Assembly: GCA_016432325.1 (NCBI GenBank)
Contig: CP066684.1
Coordinates: forward strand, 64,001 to 128,000
Origin: Candidatus Aenigmatarchaeota archaeon
GTDB taxonomy: Archaea; Aenigmatarchaeota; Aenigmatarchaeia; PWEA01; JACQIF01
Length of the DNA stretch: 64,000 nt
Reading direction: 5' to 3'
A program made the position numbers and the translations under genes. The notes beneath the pieces are model-generated. The model was not told where the DNA came from, searched no databases, and worked only from the letters and a program-made list of their open reading frames with translations. Shown here in pieces: positions 8,215 through 18,476 of the stretch; the stretch's first letter is position 1, and every line of letters begins with the position of its first letter.

Positions 8215-8685
8215 ATGAACCTGAAAAACCAGCGAAGGATGGCGGCAACGGTCTTGGACTGCGGCAACGACAAGGTATGGATGGACCCAGCGCATGAGGC
8301 CGACATAGCCCAGGCCATAACGCGCGCCGACGTGCGCCGGCTCCTGCTGAAGGGGTACATAAAGAGGGCGAAGGTCAACCTTCAGTCCCGCGGCCGCGCG
8401 CGCGTGCTGCGCCAGAAGAAGCTCAAGGGCCGCAGGAGCGGACCTGGCAGCAGGAAAGGCTCGGCTCTCGCAGGCATGACCAAGAAGCGCCGCTGGATAG
8501 GAACGATACGGCCGCTCAGAGTGCGTCTCCGCGAACTGCGAGACATAGGGGCCCTGAAGGAAGGTTCGTATCGCCACCTCTACCGCATGGCCAAGGCAGG
8601 CGCGTTCCGTTCAAAGTCGCACTTGAACCTGTACATAAAGGAGAAAGGTCTCATGAACGAGACGCCGAGCAAGAAGGTGAAGTAA
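8215..8685 (+). CDS. rpl19e: 50S ribosomal protein eL19
   Basis: MNLKNQRRMAA, KVWMDP, GPGSRKG. Confidence 0.96.
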   Translation: MNLKNQRRMAATVLDCGNDKVWMDPAHEADIAQAITRADVRRLLLKGYIKRAKVNLQSRGRARVLRQKKLKGRRSGPGSRKGSALAGMTKKRRWIGTIRPLRVRLRELRDIGALKEGSYRHLYRMAKAGAFRSKSHLNLYIKEKGLMNETPSKKVK

Positions 8686-8689
8686 CGAT

Positions 8690-9172
8690 ATGGCAAGGTC
8701 AGCGATCCACATAGTTCAGCACAGGCGAAGAAGGGAACAGAAGACGGACTACCAGCTGCGCCTCTCCCTGCTGAGAAGCGGGATGCCCCGCGTTGTCGTG
8801 CGAAAGAGCAACCTGTACGTGCGCGGGCAGATAATAAACTACGAAACCGCGGGAGACCGCGTTGTGGCGCAGGCCGACAGTGCAGAGCTGAAGGCGATGG
8901 GATGGAAGCACAGCTGCGCGAACGTGGCGGCTTCGTATCTCACGGGCCTCCTTCTCGGCAAGAGAGCCGGCGTGAAGGACGCGATCTTCGACATCGGCCT
9001 GCAGAGAAGCACCAAAGGGAACGTGCTCTACGCGTTCCTCAAAGGCGTCGTCGACGCCGGCGTTGCGGTGCCCCACAATCCTGAAATCATGCCCCCGGCA
9101 GACAGGCTGAACGGCAAACACATCAAGGCAGAGGCCGAGTTCGAGACTGTAAAGAAAAAAATATTGGGTTGA
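8690..9172 (+). CDS. rpl18: 50S ribosomal protein uL18
   Basis: RRREQKTDY, RVVVRKSN, AASYLTGLL. Confidence 0.96.
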   Translation: MARSAIHIVQHRRRREQKTDYQLRLSLLRSGMPRVVVRKSNLYVRGQIINYETAGDRVVAQADSAELKAMGWKHSCANVAASYLTGLLLGKRAGVKDAIFDIGLQRSTKGNVLYAFLKGVVDAGVAVPHNPEIMPPADRLNGKHIKAEAEFETVKKKILG

Positions 9173-9176
9173 TGTT

Positions 9177-10001
9177 ATGGCAAACGAAGATGCAAAGAGC
9201 GTTGTGATTCCGGCAGACATTGAGGAGATAGTCGCAGCTCCAGAAGATGCCGCCAAGCCCGAGGCTGTCGAGAAGGTCGAACAAGAAGTGTCTCTCGCCG
9301 CGCAACGAGGGCTGCAGGACTGGGTGCCGAAGACCGAGCTGGGCAGGAAGGTCATGAAAGGAGAAGTCACGAGCATAAATTACATCTTCCAGAAGGGCTG
9401 GACGATATTGGAGGCCGAGATAGTGGACTTCCTTCTTCCCAACATAGAGAACGATATCATACTCATCGGAGGCAGCACAGGCAAGGGAGGAGGCATCCGA
9501 AGAATCCCAGGTCGTCGCACAGCGCGCATGCACAAGAGCGGCCGCCGCTTCAAGACGTCCTGCATGGCCGTCGTCGGCAACAGGGACGGTTACGTCGGCA
9601 TAGGAATGGGCAAGGCCGTCGATTTCAGGCTCGCCGCGGCAAAAGCGGCCAAGGATGCAAAGCTCTCCATAATGCCCGTCCAGAGGGGTTGCGGTTCGTG
9701 GGAGTGCGGTTGCCGCACGCTGCACACGATTCCCGCAACGGTTGACGGCAAGAGCGGCAGCGTGCGCGTCAAGCTGATGCCCGCGCCCAAAGGCGTCGGC
9801 CTTACCGTCAGCGACGAGGCCAAGAAGGTGCTAGGGTTGGCGGGCCTGAAGGATGTGTGGATAAAGTCCCGCGGCCAGACGCAGTCACGCGTCAACCACA
9901 TGCACGCGGTGTTCAACGCTCTCCAGAATCTCAACACCAAGAAGTTCTCCGACGTCGCGAGAGAGAAGTGCGCCATAAAGGCAGGAGCGGCCCTTGGGTG
10001 A
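9177..10001 (+). CDS. rps5: 30S ribosomal protein uS5
   Basis: WVPKTELG, RGCGSWECGC, PAPKGVGL. Confidence 0.97.
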   Translation: MANEDAKSVVIPADIEEIVAAPEDAAKPEAVEKVEQEVSLAAQRGLQDWVPKTELGRKVMKGEVTSINYIFQKGWTILEAEIVDFLLPNIENDIILIGGSTGKGGGIRRIPGRRTARMHKSGRRFKTSCMAVVGNRDGYVGIGMGKAVDFRLAAAKAAKDAKLSIMPVQRGCGSWECGCRTLHTIPATVDGKSGSVRVKLMPAPKGVGLTVSDEAKKVLGLAGLKDVWIKSRGQTQSRVNHMHAVFNALQNLNTKKFSDVAREKCAIKAGAALG

Positions 10002-10006
10002 TGACG

Positions 10007-10381
10007 ATGATGATTGCTGTGGTAAGGATACGGGGGAGCGTCGGTACGCGCACAGACGTTGAGGACGCTCTCATACAGATGGGCCTCAAGGAACAGCACT
10101 CGTGCGTCGTGGTACCTCAGATACCGTCGTATCTGGGAGTGCTGCGCAAGGTAAAGGATTACGTCACTTGGGGAGTCGTGGGCGAGGACGTCGCGAAGAA
10201 GCTCCTCGTCGCCAAGAAACTCAAACATTCGGACGATAAAACGAATCCGTACAAAGGGCTGGTGTTCCACCTGGCTCCTCCGAGGAAGGGTTTCAAGAAT
10301 TCGATAAAGACCCCCTATCCGCGGGGCGAACTCGGGGACAGGAAGAACACGATCGGAGAGCTCATAGAGAGGATGATTTAG
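10007..10381 (+). CDS. rpl30p: 50S ribosomal protein uL30
   Basis: IAVVRIRG, KVKDYVTWG, FHLAPPRKGF; start could be 10001 or 10010. Confidence 0.94.
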   Translation: MMIAVVRIRGSVGTRTDVEDALIQMGLKEQHSCVVVPQIPSYLGVLRKVKDYVTWGVVGEDVAKKLLVAKKLKHSDDKTNPYKGLVFHLAPPRKGFKNSIKTPYPRGELGDRKNTIGELIERMI

Positions 10382-10382
10382 C

Positions 10383-10787
10383 ATGGTTGTTCGCAGAGAG
10401 CGTGCTGTTCGAAAGAAAAGAGGCAGCAAGTGGCACGGCTGGGGAGGCAAGAAGAAGCACCGCGGTGCAGGCTCGCGCGGAGGCCACGGTTTCGCCGGCT
10501 CGATCAGCCACAATCTAATATGGGCCAGCCGCGTTGCGCCGGACCGCATGGGCAAACACGGCTTCTCCAGGCCGCAGAAGGTTCTGACATTCTCCAGAGC
10601 CGCGAACGTGGGAGACATTGAACGCCTCGCAAAAGGCTCGAAGGACGTCGACCTCAACGCGCTCGGCTTCGGAAAGCTCCTGTCAAAAGGTTTCATCACA
10701 AAACCCGTCAAGGTCACTGTCAAGGCCTGCTCTCCGGGAGCCAAGGAGAAGATTGAGAAGGCAGGCGGCTCTGTTATAACGGGCTGA
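10383..10787 (+). CDS. rpl15: 50S ribosomal protein uL15
   Basis: RGAGSRGGHG, KEKIEKAGG. Confidence 0.96.
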   Translation: MVVRRERAVRKKRGSKWHGWGGKKKHRGAGSRGGHGFAGSISHNLIWASRVAPDRMGKHGFSRPQKVLTFSRAANVGDIERLAKGSKDVDLNALGFGKLLSKGFITKPVKVTVKACSPGAKEKIEKAGGSVITG

Positions 10788-10792
10788 GTTTG

Positions 10793-12313
10793 ATGGCAGC
10801 ATATACAACCGCCCAGAACGCCAATGAGGGACCGGTAAACGTCCCACCGCAAACCGTTCAGCCGTCAGCGCAGTCTCCTGTTACACTTTCTCTCCGCGAC
10901 GTATACGTCAAGTTCATCAACTGGCTGCCCGGACTGGACAAGCCGAGGGAAAAGTTGCTGTTCAAGACGAAGCTCATATGGACCGCGGCCATGCTGCTGT
11001 CGTTCTACGTGATGAGCGAAATCCGCGTCTGGGGTTCCGGCGACCCCGCGGGCAACCTTGCCCTCGCAGAGACGGTCCTCGGTTCGCAGATAGGAACTCT
11101 CATGACACTCGGCATCGGGCCCATTGTTACGGCGTCCATAATACTACAGTTGATATCGGGCAGCGGCATGATACGCATAGACACGTCGACCCATCAGGGC
11201 CGCGCCGTTTACCAGGGAACGCAGAAGGTTCTGGCCATCGGCTTCGCGTTCTTCGAGGCGATCGCCTTCGTGATGTTCGGGGCTGTCCCCCCTGCCTCTG
11301 CGGGTCTCGGGCTCGCCGCGGCCGTGATGTTCCAGATAGCTCTCGGAGGACTCATAGTGATACTGATGGACGAGGTCGTCTCCAAGTGGGGCATCGGTTC
11401 TGGCATATCCCTCTTCATCGCCGCAGGAGTCGGCCGCGAGATATTCATACGCGCCTTCAACTTCGTCGGCCAGGGAGGGGTCATAAGGCCCGTCGGAAAC
11501 ATTCCCGTTGCCGTCAGCAGCTTCATGTCAGGGGCTCCGGGCAACGCCTTCATAGCGCTAGTGCCGATAGCCATCACGATTGTCGTGTTCTTCATAGTCG
11601 TCTACGCCCAAGCAATGAAAGTGGAGATACCGATGACGATAAACGCCCTGTTCGGCAAGCGCGTGGCGCCGGGATGGCGCGGCCTCAGTCACAGGTATCC
11701 GCTCAAGCTTCTCTACACTTCGAACATCCCCGTCATACTGATGTCCGCGCTTCTCGCCAACTTCCAGCTGTGGGCGACGCTTCTACAGTCCCGCGGATCG
11801 CCGATTCTCGGTACGGTCGGAGCCAGCGGGATCGCTGAAACAGGACTCATCTCGTGGATATCGCCGCCGACCCAAGTGCCTTTCTCCGAGATAATGATAG
11901 CCGCTCTGGATCCGTCGGTTTCGGTCAACCCCGACGCGTGGAGGTGGATTACGTACGCCATCTTCCTCACGGCCGGCTCCATAATATTCGCGTTCTTCTG
12001 GGTCAACACGGCAGGTCTCGATTCCAAGACGATGGCGCAGAAGATGCATAACGCGGGCTTCGGCGTGCCGGGCTTCCGCAGCGACGTTCGCGTCGTGGAA
12101 CGCGTGCTGGACCGCTACATACCGGCGCTGACCATACTCTCGGGCGCTTTCATAGGGCTCCTCGCGTCATTCGCGGACTTCGCCGGCGTGCTGGGCAGCG
12201 GCACCGGAATCCTGCTCGCAGTCATGATAATATACAACCTCTACGAACAGATAGCCCAGCAGCACGTGGAAGAGATGCATCCGATAATGCGCAAGTTCAT
12301 GGGTGGTACGTGA
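10793..12313 (+). CDS. secY: preprotein translocase SecY
   Basis: LGIGPIVTASII, KWGIGSGISLFI, YTSNIPVIL, GSGTGILL. Confidence 0.97.
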   Translation: MAAYTTAQNANEGPVNVPPQTVQPSAQSPVTLSLRDVYVKFINWLPGLDKPREKLLFKTKLIWTAAMLLSFYVMSEIRVWGSGDPAGNLALAETVLGSQIGTLMTLGIGPIVTASIILQLISGSGMIRIDTSTHQGRAVYQGTQKVLAIGFAFFEAIAFVMFGAVPPASAGLGLAAAVMFQIALGGLIVILMDEVVSKWGIGSGISLFIAAGVGREIFIRAFNFVGQGGVIRPVGNIPVAVSSFMSGAPGNAFIALVPIAITIVVFFIVVYAQAMKVEIPMTINALFGKRVAPGWRGLSHRYPLKLLYTSNIPVILMSALLANFQLWATLLQSRGSPILGTVGASGIAETGLISWISPPTQVPFSEIMIAALDPSVSVNPDAWRWITYAIFLTAGSIIFAFFWVNTAGLDSKTMAQKMHNAGFGVPGFRSDVRVVERVLDRYIPALTILSGAFIGLLASFADFAGVLGSGTGILLAVMIIYNLYEQIAQQHVEEMHPIMRKFMGGT

Positions 12314-12984
12314 TGGAGTTCCTTGTGACGCATGCGGCGCTGTCCATAGCAGTTGTGGCACTGGTCACGTCATTCGCGATAACCCTGATTTACAAGTACA
12401 CGATGGACCAGAACAAGGCGAAAAATATCCGTCTCGAACTGGAGGAGCTCAAGAAGAAGGCGGTGGACGCACAGAAGGAGAACAACCAGAAGGACTCGAA
12501 GAAGTATCAGGACAGGATGATGGAGATTTCCCACGACCAGATGCGCATGAGCATGAAGCCCATGATGGTAACATTCGTTATCGTGATACCCGTCTTCGTT
12601 TGGCTGCTGCCCCTGCTCTATGCGGTGCCGTCCGTGACGCTCACCGAAGGCTCCGGAACGCTCGTTTATCAAGGAGTCGATATTCCTGTTACGCTGACAA
12701 CCAACAGCGATCCTGTTTTGACCATCGGAGCCGTTCCTGTGAACGGCGAGACATACGGCAAGGAGGTGAAGTTTCCCAACACCGTAGTCGTCAATGAAGG
12801 AGGGTATATGTTCCAGCCCGTGTTGTACAACAAGGAGACCTCGCGGCTCGAGGCTAAGCGCATTGTTGTAACGCTTCCCGTACCTCTGCCGTTCTTCGGT
12901 TCTGAGTTGGGCTGGATAGGATGGTACGTATTCTGCTCGTTACCGCTCGGCATTCTCACAAGGAAGCTGATGGGCGTCGTATGA
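12313..12984 (+). CDS. DUF106/EMC3-TMCO1 family membrane insertase (Oxa1 superfamily)
   Basis: TM, coiled coil, KPMMVTF, C-terminal LGWIGWYVFCS; conserved position after secY. Confidence 0.88.
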   Translation: MEFLVTHAALSIAVVALVTSFAITLIYKYTMDQNKAKNIRLELEELKKKAVDAQKENNQKDSKKYQDRMMEISHDQMRMSMKPMMVTFVIVIPVFVWLLPLLYAVPSVTLTEGSGTLVYQGVDIPVTLTTNSDPVLTIGAVPVNGETYGKEVKFPNTVVVNEGGYMFQPVLYNKETSRLEAKRIVVTLPVPLPFFGSELGWIGWYVFCSLPLGILTRKLMGVV

Positions 12985-13943
12985 TGAACAAGGATTGGCT
13001 CGTTCGTTCGGAAGAGATATCAGACATGCGCTTCGGCTGCTATCCCGGCGCGCGTACTGTCGAAAATCACATAAAAAACGGAATCGTCGTCATAGACAAG
13101 CCCCCGGGTCCGACTTCCCATCAGGTTACGGCTTGGGTCCGCGACATGCTTGGTTTGAAAAGGGCGGGCCACGCAGGCACGCTTGACCCCAAGGTTACGG
13201 GCGTGCTGGTGACGGCTCTGGAGAACGCGACGAAGATAATGCCCGCCTTGATGGGCGCGCAGAAGGAATACGTCGCCGTCATGAAAGTTCACCGCGACGT
13301 GACGGACGCGGAGCTCGCGGACGTCGTTAAAAAGTTTCTCGGCAAGATAAGGCAGACGCCGCCGCGAAAGTCCGCGGTCAAACGCGTCGAACGCACACGC
13401 GAAGTGCAAGAACTGGAAATTCTGGAGCGCGACGGCAACGACGTGCTGATGCGCGTTTCGTGCGAGGCCGGAACGTACATCCGCAAGCTCATATCGGACA
13501 TGGGTGTGCTTATCGGCGGTGCGCACATGGCCGAGCTGCGTCGCGTGCGCTCCGGATTCTTCGGCGAAAGCGCGCTCGTGCGCATGCAGGACCTCAAGGA
13601 CGCGTACGACGTCTGGAAGGAGACAGGCAACGAGGACGAAATCCGCAAGCTCGTCATGCCTGTGGAAGAGGGCGTTGAGCACCTGAAGCACGTGATCGTC
13701 AAAGACACGGCCATCGACGCTTTGTGCAACGGCGCGCCGCTTTCGAGCGGCGGCGTGCTGAGGCTTGAAAAAGACGTTCGCGCAGGCGATCTTGTCGCGC
13801 TGCTTTCCGCCAAAGGCGAGCTCGTCGCGATAGGCAAGGCCGCCGCCGGCGCGGAAGCAATCCACAAGGAGCGCGTGATGGCCGTGCGCACAGACCGCGT
13901 GGTCATGGCCCGCGGCGTCTATCCGAGGACGTGGAAGGTTTGA
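12981..13943 (+). CDS. cbf5: H/ACA pseudouridine synthase Cbf5 with PUA domain
   Basis: DKPPGPTSHQV, GHAGTLDPKVTG, EAGTYIRKL. Confidence 0.96.
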   Translation: MMNKDWLVRSEEISDMRFGCYPGARTVENHIKNGIVVIDKPPGPTSHQVTAWVRDMLGLKRAGHAGTLDPKVTGVLVTALENATKIMPALMGAQKEYVAVMKVHRDVTDAELADVVKKFLGKIRQTPPRKSAVKRVERTREVQELEILERDGNDVLMRVSCEAGTYIRKLISDMGVLIGGAHMAELRRVRSGFFGESALVRMQDLKDAYDVWKETGNEDEIRKLVMPVEEGVEHLKHVIVKDTAIDALCNGAPLSSGGVLRLEKDVRAGDLVALLSAKGELVAIGKAAAGAEAIHKERVMAVRTDRVVMARGVYPRTWKV

Positions 13944-13977
13944 TGTTTATATATAATTCAACGGCAAACGTGATTCA

Positions 13978-14154
13978 ATGCCCAAATCCAAACTCGAAAC
14001 CCTTCTCGAAGTGCTGGCCTGCCCCAAGTGCAAGGGCGACGTGCGCCATTTGAAAAAAGAGAGCGTCCTGGTCTGCGAACGGTGCCACCTCAAATACAAG
14101 ATTCTCGAAAATGACGTTCCTGACATGCTCATCAAGGACGCGGAGGCGTACTGA
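13978..14154 (+). CDS. Trm112-family methyltransferase activator (absent from the ORF track)
   Basis: manual translation LLEVLACPKCKGD...LVCERCHLKYKILENDVPDML. Confidence 0.88.
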   Translation: MPKSKLETLLEVLACPKCKGDVRHLKKESVLVCERCHLKYKILENDVPDMLIKDAEAY

Positions 14155-14552
14155 TGTTCGTCCGCGTCGCGGGCGCGCGGCTCGAAGTGGACGAGTCCCT
14201 GATCAGGAACAAGAGCAGGGACGATATCGCGAAGGACGTTGACGCGTACATGAAGCGCAGGCGCCTTACGTTCGAGGACTACGACGTGGACATGAAACCG
14301 TTCACGCACTTCCAGAGGCGCGTGCTCGTGGAGATGCGCCACATACCGTTTGGAATGACATTTTCGTACAAGCGCTTGGCAGAACTGGTGGGCAGGCCGC
14401 ATGCGTACCGCGCTGTTGCAAACGTCTGCGCGACGAACGCTCTGCCGATAATAATTCCGTGCCACCGCGTGGTCGGTTCGCACTCTCTCGGAGGCTACTC
14501 GGCCGGACTCGGCGTCAAGAAGGCATTGCTGAGACTTGAGATGGGTCACTGA
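14154..14552 (+). CDS. ogt: O6-methylguanine-DNA methyltransferase
   Basis: active site PCHRVV, RAVAN, LGGYS. Confidence 0.92.
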   Translation: MFVRVAGARLEVDESLIRNKSRDDIAKDVDAYMKRRRLTFEDYDVDMKPFTHFQRRVLVEMRHIPFGMTFSYKRLAELVGRPHAYRAVANVCATNALPIIIPCHRVVGSHSLGGYSAGLGVKKALLRLEMGH

Positions 14553-14601
14553 CCTGCCTGAAACTGCGCGGTTGCAAAGTCACCTGTCTTCTGCCTGGTA
14601 A

Positions 14602-15000
14602 CTACTCAACCGTCAGAGTGCCTGTATTCTCGTATATCGAGTCTGAGAACGTGTACGTGCCCGGACGCGCGGCGAAAGTGAATGTGCGCGTCTCTTCAGG
14701 CGGGATTATCTGGTCTATGCTGTAATCGGGAAGCGCGAAGCCGTGAGTGCTCGTCGCCGCGTTGCGGACTGTTATTGTAACCTCGCCTGCGGCCAGTGCG
14801 ATTGAAGAGGGCGCGAAGCCGCTGTCGTCTATTACGAGCGAAGCGGTCGACGGAAGGTTGGATTTGGCGTGTCCGGCGCCTTCTGCGGACCCCTGCGTGC
14901 CTCCGAGCGGACTCGTGGCCCCGCCCATGAGCGCGAATGCCAAAGCACCGACAACAATTAGAATGCCAATACCGAGCTCGAGTTCGCGCGTATACTTCAT
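14602..15000 (-). CDS. membrane-anchored cupredoxin-like domain protein
   Basis: N-terminal TM; FAPSSIAL, THGFAL, PGTYTF; the copper-ligand Cys appears to be missing. Confidence 0.7.
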   Translation of the reverse strand: MKYTRELELGIGILIVVGALAFALMGGATSPLGGTQGSAEGAGHAKSNLPSTASLVIDDSGFAPSSIALAAGEVTITVRNAATSTHGFALPDYSIDQIIPPEETRTFTFAARPGTYTFSDSIYENTGTLTVE

Positions 15001-15178
15001 AAACCCTTTACGGACGGCCCATTAATAAAGTTTTAAAAGCGCTATTGCGCGGACAGTCGGGTTTAAATAGCTACTGCGGAGCGCGGTAATTTTAAAACAA
15101 CGCATTGTTTTATATAGGTGCTGTTGCGTACAACGTACAGACCCTTTTTGAGGTTTCAATGTTTCTACGGTGACTATC

Positions 15179-15811
15179 ATGACAGACCAGATGGAAAGCA
15201 AGAAGACCGGGACAACCAACGTTGTGATCAGATACAACGGAGGCATAGTTCTCGGCGCTGAAAAGAAAGTGACGATGGGATACCTCGTGGACGGCACGCA
15301 CGTCAGAAAGGTGTATCCCATAGACGAGCACATAGCCATGACGATAGCGGGCATGGTAGGAGACCTGCAGTCGATCGTACGGTATCTCCGCGCCGAAGTG
15401 AAGCTCTACAAACTCCAGAAGGGCGAGCGCATCGGGGTGCGTTCTGCGGCTACGCTCTTGGCTAACATACTCCAAGGCGCCAAGTACTTCCCTTACATGG
15501 GGCAGTTTCTCCTGGCAGGAGTAGACAACAAAGGACCGCAACTGTATTCGCTGGACGCATACGGAGGCGTGGTCGACGGAGAGGACTATCTGGCGGCCGG
15601 CAGCGGAATGCCGTACGCACTGGGCGTTCTTGAAGACCAGTACAAATCCAACATCACGCGCGACCAGGGAATAACGTTGACACTCAAAGCGCTGCGCGCA
15701 GCCACAAAGCGCGACATAGCTTCAGGCGGCGACGGCTTCACGATAATAGTTATAGACGAGACGGGTTCCAAGGAACTCTCCGAGAAGGAGATAGACTCCT
15801 ATCTTAAGTGA
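15179..15811 (+). CDS. psmB: proteasome beta subunit
   Basis: KTG|TTNV processing site, AMTIAGMVGD, GSG, RDIASG. Confidence 0.96.
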   Translation: MTDQMESKKTGTTNVVIRYNGGIVLGAEKKVTMGYLVDGTHVRKVYPIDEHIAMTIAGMVGDLQSIVRYLRAEVKLYKLQKGERIGVRSAATLLANILQGAKYFPYMGQFLLAGVDNKGPQLYSLDAYGGVVDGEDYLAAGSGMPYALGVLEDQYKSNITRDQGITLTLKALRAATKRDIASGGDGFTIIVIDETGSKELSEKEIDSYLK

Positions 15812-15861
15812 CGGCCAAAAGATTCTCGAAACCGAGATAAGGAAACAAAAGGTGTACTCTG

Positions 15862-17733
15862 GTGAATATAATTGACGAAGTGAAGGCAGGGCTGCCTGCG
15901 GACGCGGACGTCTCTGACATCGCGTTCGAAGGCTCTGAGATTGTAGTATACGTGAAGAACCCCGAGACGTTCACGGCCAACGGGACGTTCATCCGCGCGC
16001 TTGTCTCCAAACTCAAGAAACGCATCGAGATACGGCCGGACCCTTCGATAACGAAGGACATGGAGGAGGTGCGCGAGACGATAAAGAAGGCCATTCCGGA
16101 AGCGGCCGGCCTCGAGGAGATAACATTCGAACCGGCATTCTCGCGCGTCACCATCGAGGCCCTAAAGCCCGGGCTGGTCATAGGCAAGGGTGGCGAGCTG
16201 CTGAGGAAGATAAAGAGCGACACCCACTGGGCGACTGTCGTGAAGCGCGCGCCTGCGATACAGTCGGATGTCGTGGCGACGATACGAAAAGTTCTTTTCA
16301 AGGAGTCCGAGTTCCGCCGCAAGTTTTTGAACGATATCGGCAAGCGCATCCACACGGCGGACAAGAAGGAGATAGACTGGGTGCGCCTGACCGCGCTGGG
16401 GGCGTTCCGCGAGGTCGGCCGCTCGTGCATGCAGATATCCACGCCGAACAGCCGCGTCATCATGGACTGCGGTGTGAAGCCTTCCACGAAGCCGGAGTAT
16501 CCGTATCTGCAGATTCCCGAATTCGACATCCGCGCGCTGGACGCGGTCATAATTTCGCACTCTCACCTCGACCACGTGGGGTTCATGCCCTATCTGTACG
16601 AATACGGTTACGAGGGTCCTGTCTATTCCACGTCGCCGACGCGCGACCTTATGACCCTGCTGTGCCTGGACTACGTGGACATCGGCGAACGCGAGGGCGG
16701 AGGGTCGCCTTACACGACACGGGCCGTCGAAAAGGCGATAAAGCATTCCATAACGCTTGAATACGGCGAGGTCTCGGACATCACTCCTGACATGCGCGTC
16801 ACCCTGCAGAACGCCGGCCATATGCTCGGCTCGGCGCTGGTCCACCTGCACGTCGGCGAGGGGCTGCACAACATCGTCTATACAGGGGACTACAACTTCG
16901 AGCGTTCGAAGCTGTCAGAGCCCACGTTCACGGATTTCCAGCGCATCGAGACCCTGATAACGGAGTCAACGTACGGCGCCGCGAACGCAATACAGCCTTC
17001 GCGCGTCGACGCGGAGCGCAAACTCATCGATAAAGTCATGGCGACTCTGAAGCGCGGCGGGAAGGTGCTGATACCGTCTTTCGCGGTGGAGCGCGCCCAG
17101 GAGATGATGATAGTCCTCGCGACGCAGAAGGACTTCAACTATCCCGTGTATCTCGACGGCATGCTGTGGGACGCGACGGCCATACACACCACGTATCCTG
17201 AATACATGTCGCGCGAACTGCAATACAAGATATTCCACCAGGGCGAGAACCCGTTCCTGAGCCCCATCTTCAAGCGCGTCGGTTCGGCCACGGAACGCAA
17301 GGAGGTCATAAACAGCACAGAGCCTTGCGTCGTGATAGCCACGTCGGGGATGCTCGTGGGCGGGCCTTCTGTCGAATACCTGAAGCACTTCGCCGAGGAC
17401 GAGAAGAATACGCTCCTGTTCGTCAGCTACCAGGCTGAAGGTACGCTAGGCGCGAAGATCCAGCGGGGATGGAAGGAGATACCTCTCGAGGAGAAAGGCA
17501 AGCGCGTGCTCGTGAAGGTGAACATGGAAGTCGACGTGATAGACGGCTTTTCCGGGCACTCCGACAGGAACCAGCTGCTTTCGTACATCCACAGGCTCCG
17601 CGATCGTCCGAAAAGGGTGATATGCGTGCACGGGGAAGAGTCGCGCTGTCTCGACTTGGCGCACGCGATACACAAGAACTTCAGAATAGAGACGCTGGTG
17701 CCGAGGAACTTGGAGACCGTGAGGCTTGTTTGA
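15862..17733 (+). CDS. beta-CASP ribonuclease aCPSF1/FttA
   Basis: KH domains, SHSHLDH, AGHMLGS, GFSGHSD; canonical neighbour of psmB. Confidence 0.96.
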   Translation: MNIIDEVKAGLPADADVSDIAFEGSEIVVYVKNPETFTANGTFIRALVSKLKKRIEIRPDPSITKDMEEVRETIKKAIPEAAGLEEITFEPAFSRVTIEALKPGLVIGKGGELLRKIKSDTHWATVVKRAPAIQSDVVATIRKVLFKESEFRRKFLNDIGKRIHTADKKEIDWVRLTALGAFREVGRSCMQISTPNSRVIMDCGVKPSTKPEYPYLQIPEFDIRALDAVIISHSHLDHVGFMPYLYEYGYEGPVYSTSPTRDLMTLLCLDYVDIGEREGGGSPYTTRAVEKAIKHSITLEYGEVSDITPDMRVTLQNAGHMLGSALVHLHVGEGLHNIVYTGDYNFERSKLSEPTFTDFQRIETLITESTYGAANAIQPSRVDAERKLIDKVMATLKRGGKVLIPSFAVERAQEMMIVLATQKDFNYPVYLDGMLWDATAIHTTYPEYMSRELQYKIFHQGENPFLSPIFKRVGSATERKEVINSTEPCVVIATSGMLVGGPSVEYLKHFAEDEKNTLLFVSYQAEGTLGAKIQRGWKEIPLEEKGKRVLVKVNMEVDVIDGFSGHSDRNQLLSYIHRLRDRPKRVICVHGEESRCLDLAHAIHKNFRIETLVPRNLETVRLV

Positions 17734-17775
17734 GTTTCAAGTTCTGCCATATACGAGGACACGGCCTTTATCTAA

Positions 17776-18444
17776 TTACGTTCGGCCGTATTTACGAACT
17801 TTCTCACAGCGTTTTATTATCCAACCAAATAGGTCGACGAGGGGTTTATACATGGATCCGGTTGCGGTAAGAATAAGAGTAACAAATGCGATGAAAATCT
17901 CTATCGGATAGACTCTTTGCCCAACGTCAGTGCGGATATCATAAGACAACCTCTCAATAGGACAGAAACAGTTAGATCCCTCGCAGCCGTCTTTGCTCTC
18001 TATATAGAGACGATCTATCCCTATACGACATTCCGCCGACTGGTATGGAACCCACATTTCTTCGTGTGCAATCAGGCGAGTTATATTCCCATTCACGATA
18101 AAATTCTTAAACCGCCGGCTATGGTAGACCCTTTTGTATTCTGGTATTGGGTTGCCTGTACCATCAAGACAGCTCCATATAAATGAATATCGAAGGTCTC
18201 TCTCGAATTTCGTGAGGTCGCCATTGATTTCTAATTCCATTGTTGTAAGGGCGCTTTCATGTTCTATCAAGAAAAACGGACTGAATACTCCATACCACGA
18301 AGATGGCCTCGTCGATATGTCTATTCGATTTAGCTCCGCCGATGAAGCTTGACTACAAGATCGATTGTATTCTTCGGCGTTCACGAACTCTGTCTGTAGA
18401 ACGAAGAAGAAAGACAGCAGGAGTAAAAACAGCTTCCACTTCAT
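17776..18444 (-). CDS. hypothetical protein with signal peptide and C-terminal TM (AT-richer segment)
   Basis: 222-aa ORF with hydrophobic N and C termini. Confidence 0.65.
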   Translation of the reverse strand: MKWKLFLLLLSFFFVLQTEFVNAEEYNRSCSQASSAELNRIDISTRPSSWYGVFSPFFLIEHESALTTMELEINGDLTKFERDLRYSFIWSCLDGTGNPIPEYKRVYHSRRFKNFIVNGNITRLIAHEEMWVPYQSAECRIGIDRLYIESKDGCEGSNCFCPIERLSYDIRTDVGQRVYPIEIFIAFVTLILTATGSMYKPLVDLFGWIIKRCEKVRKYGRT

Positions 18445-18476
18445 TAAACAACCCCCATGGATAGGAGAGTTCCTGC

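Noticed and set aside
12981-13943. cbf5 intron as found in some crenarchaea
   Set aside because: The reading frame is continuous through the conserved motifs.
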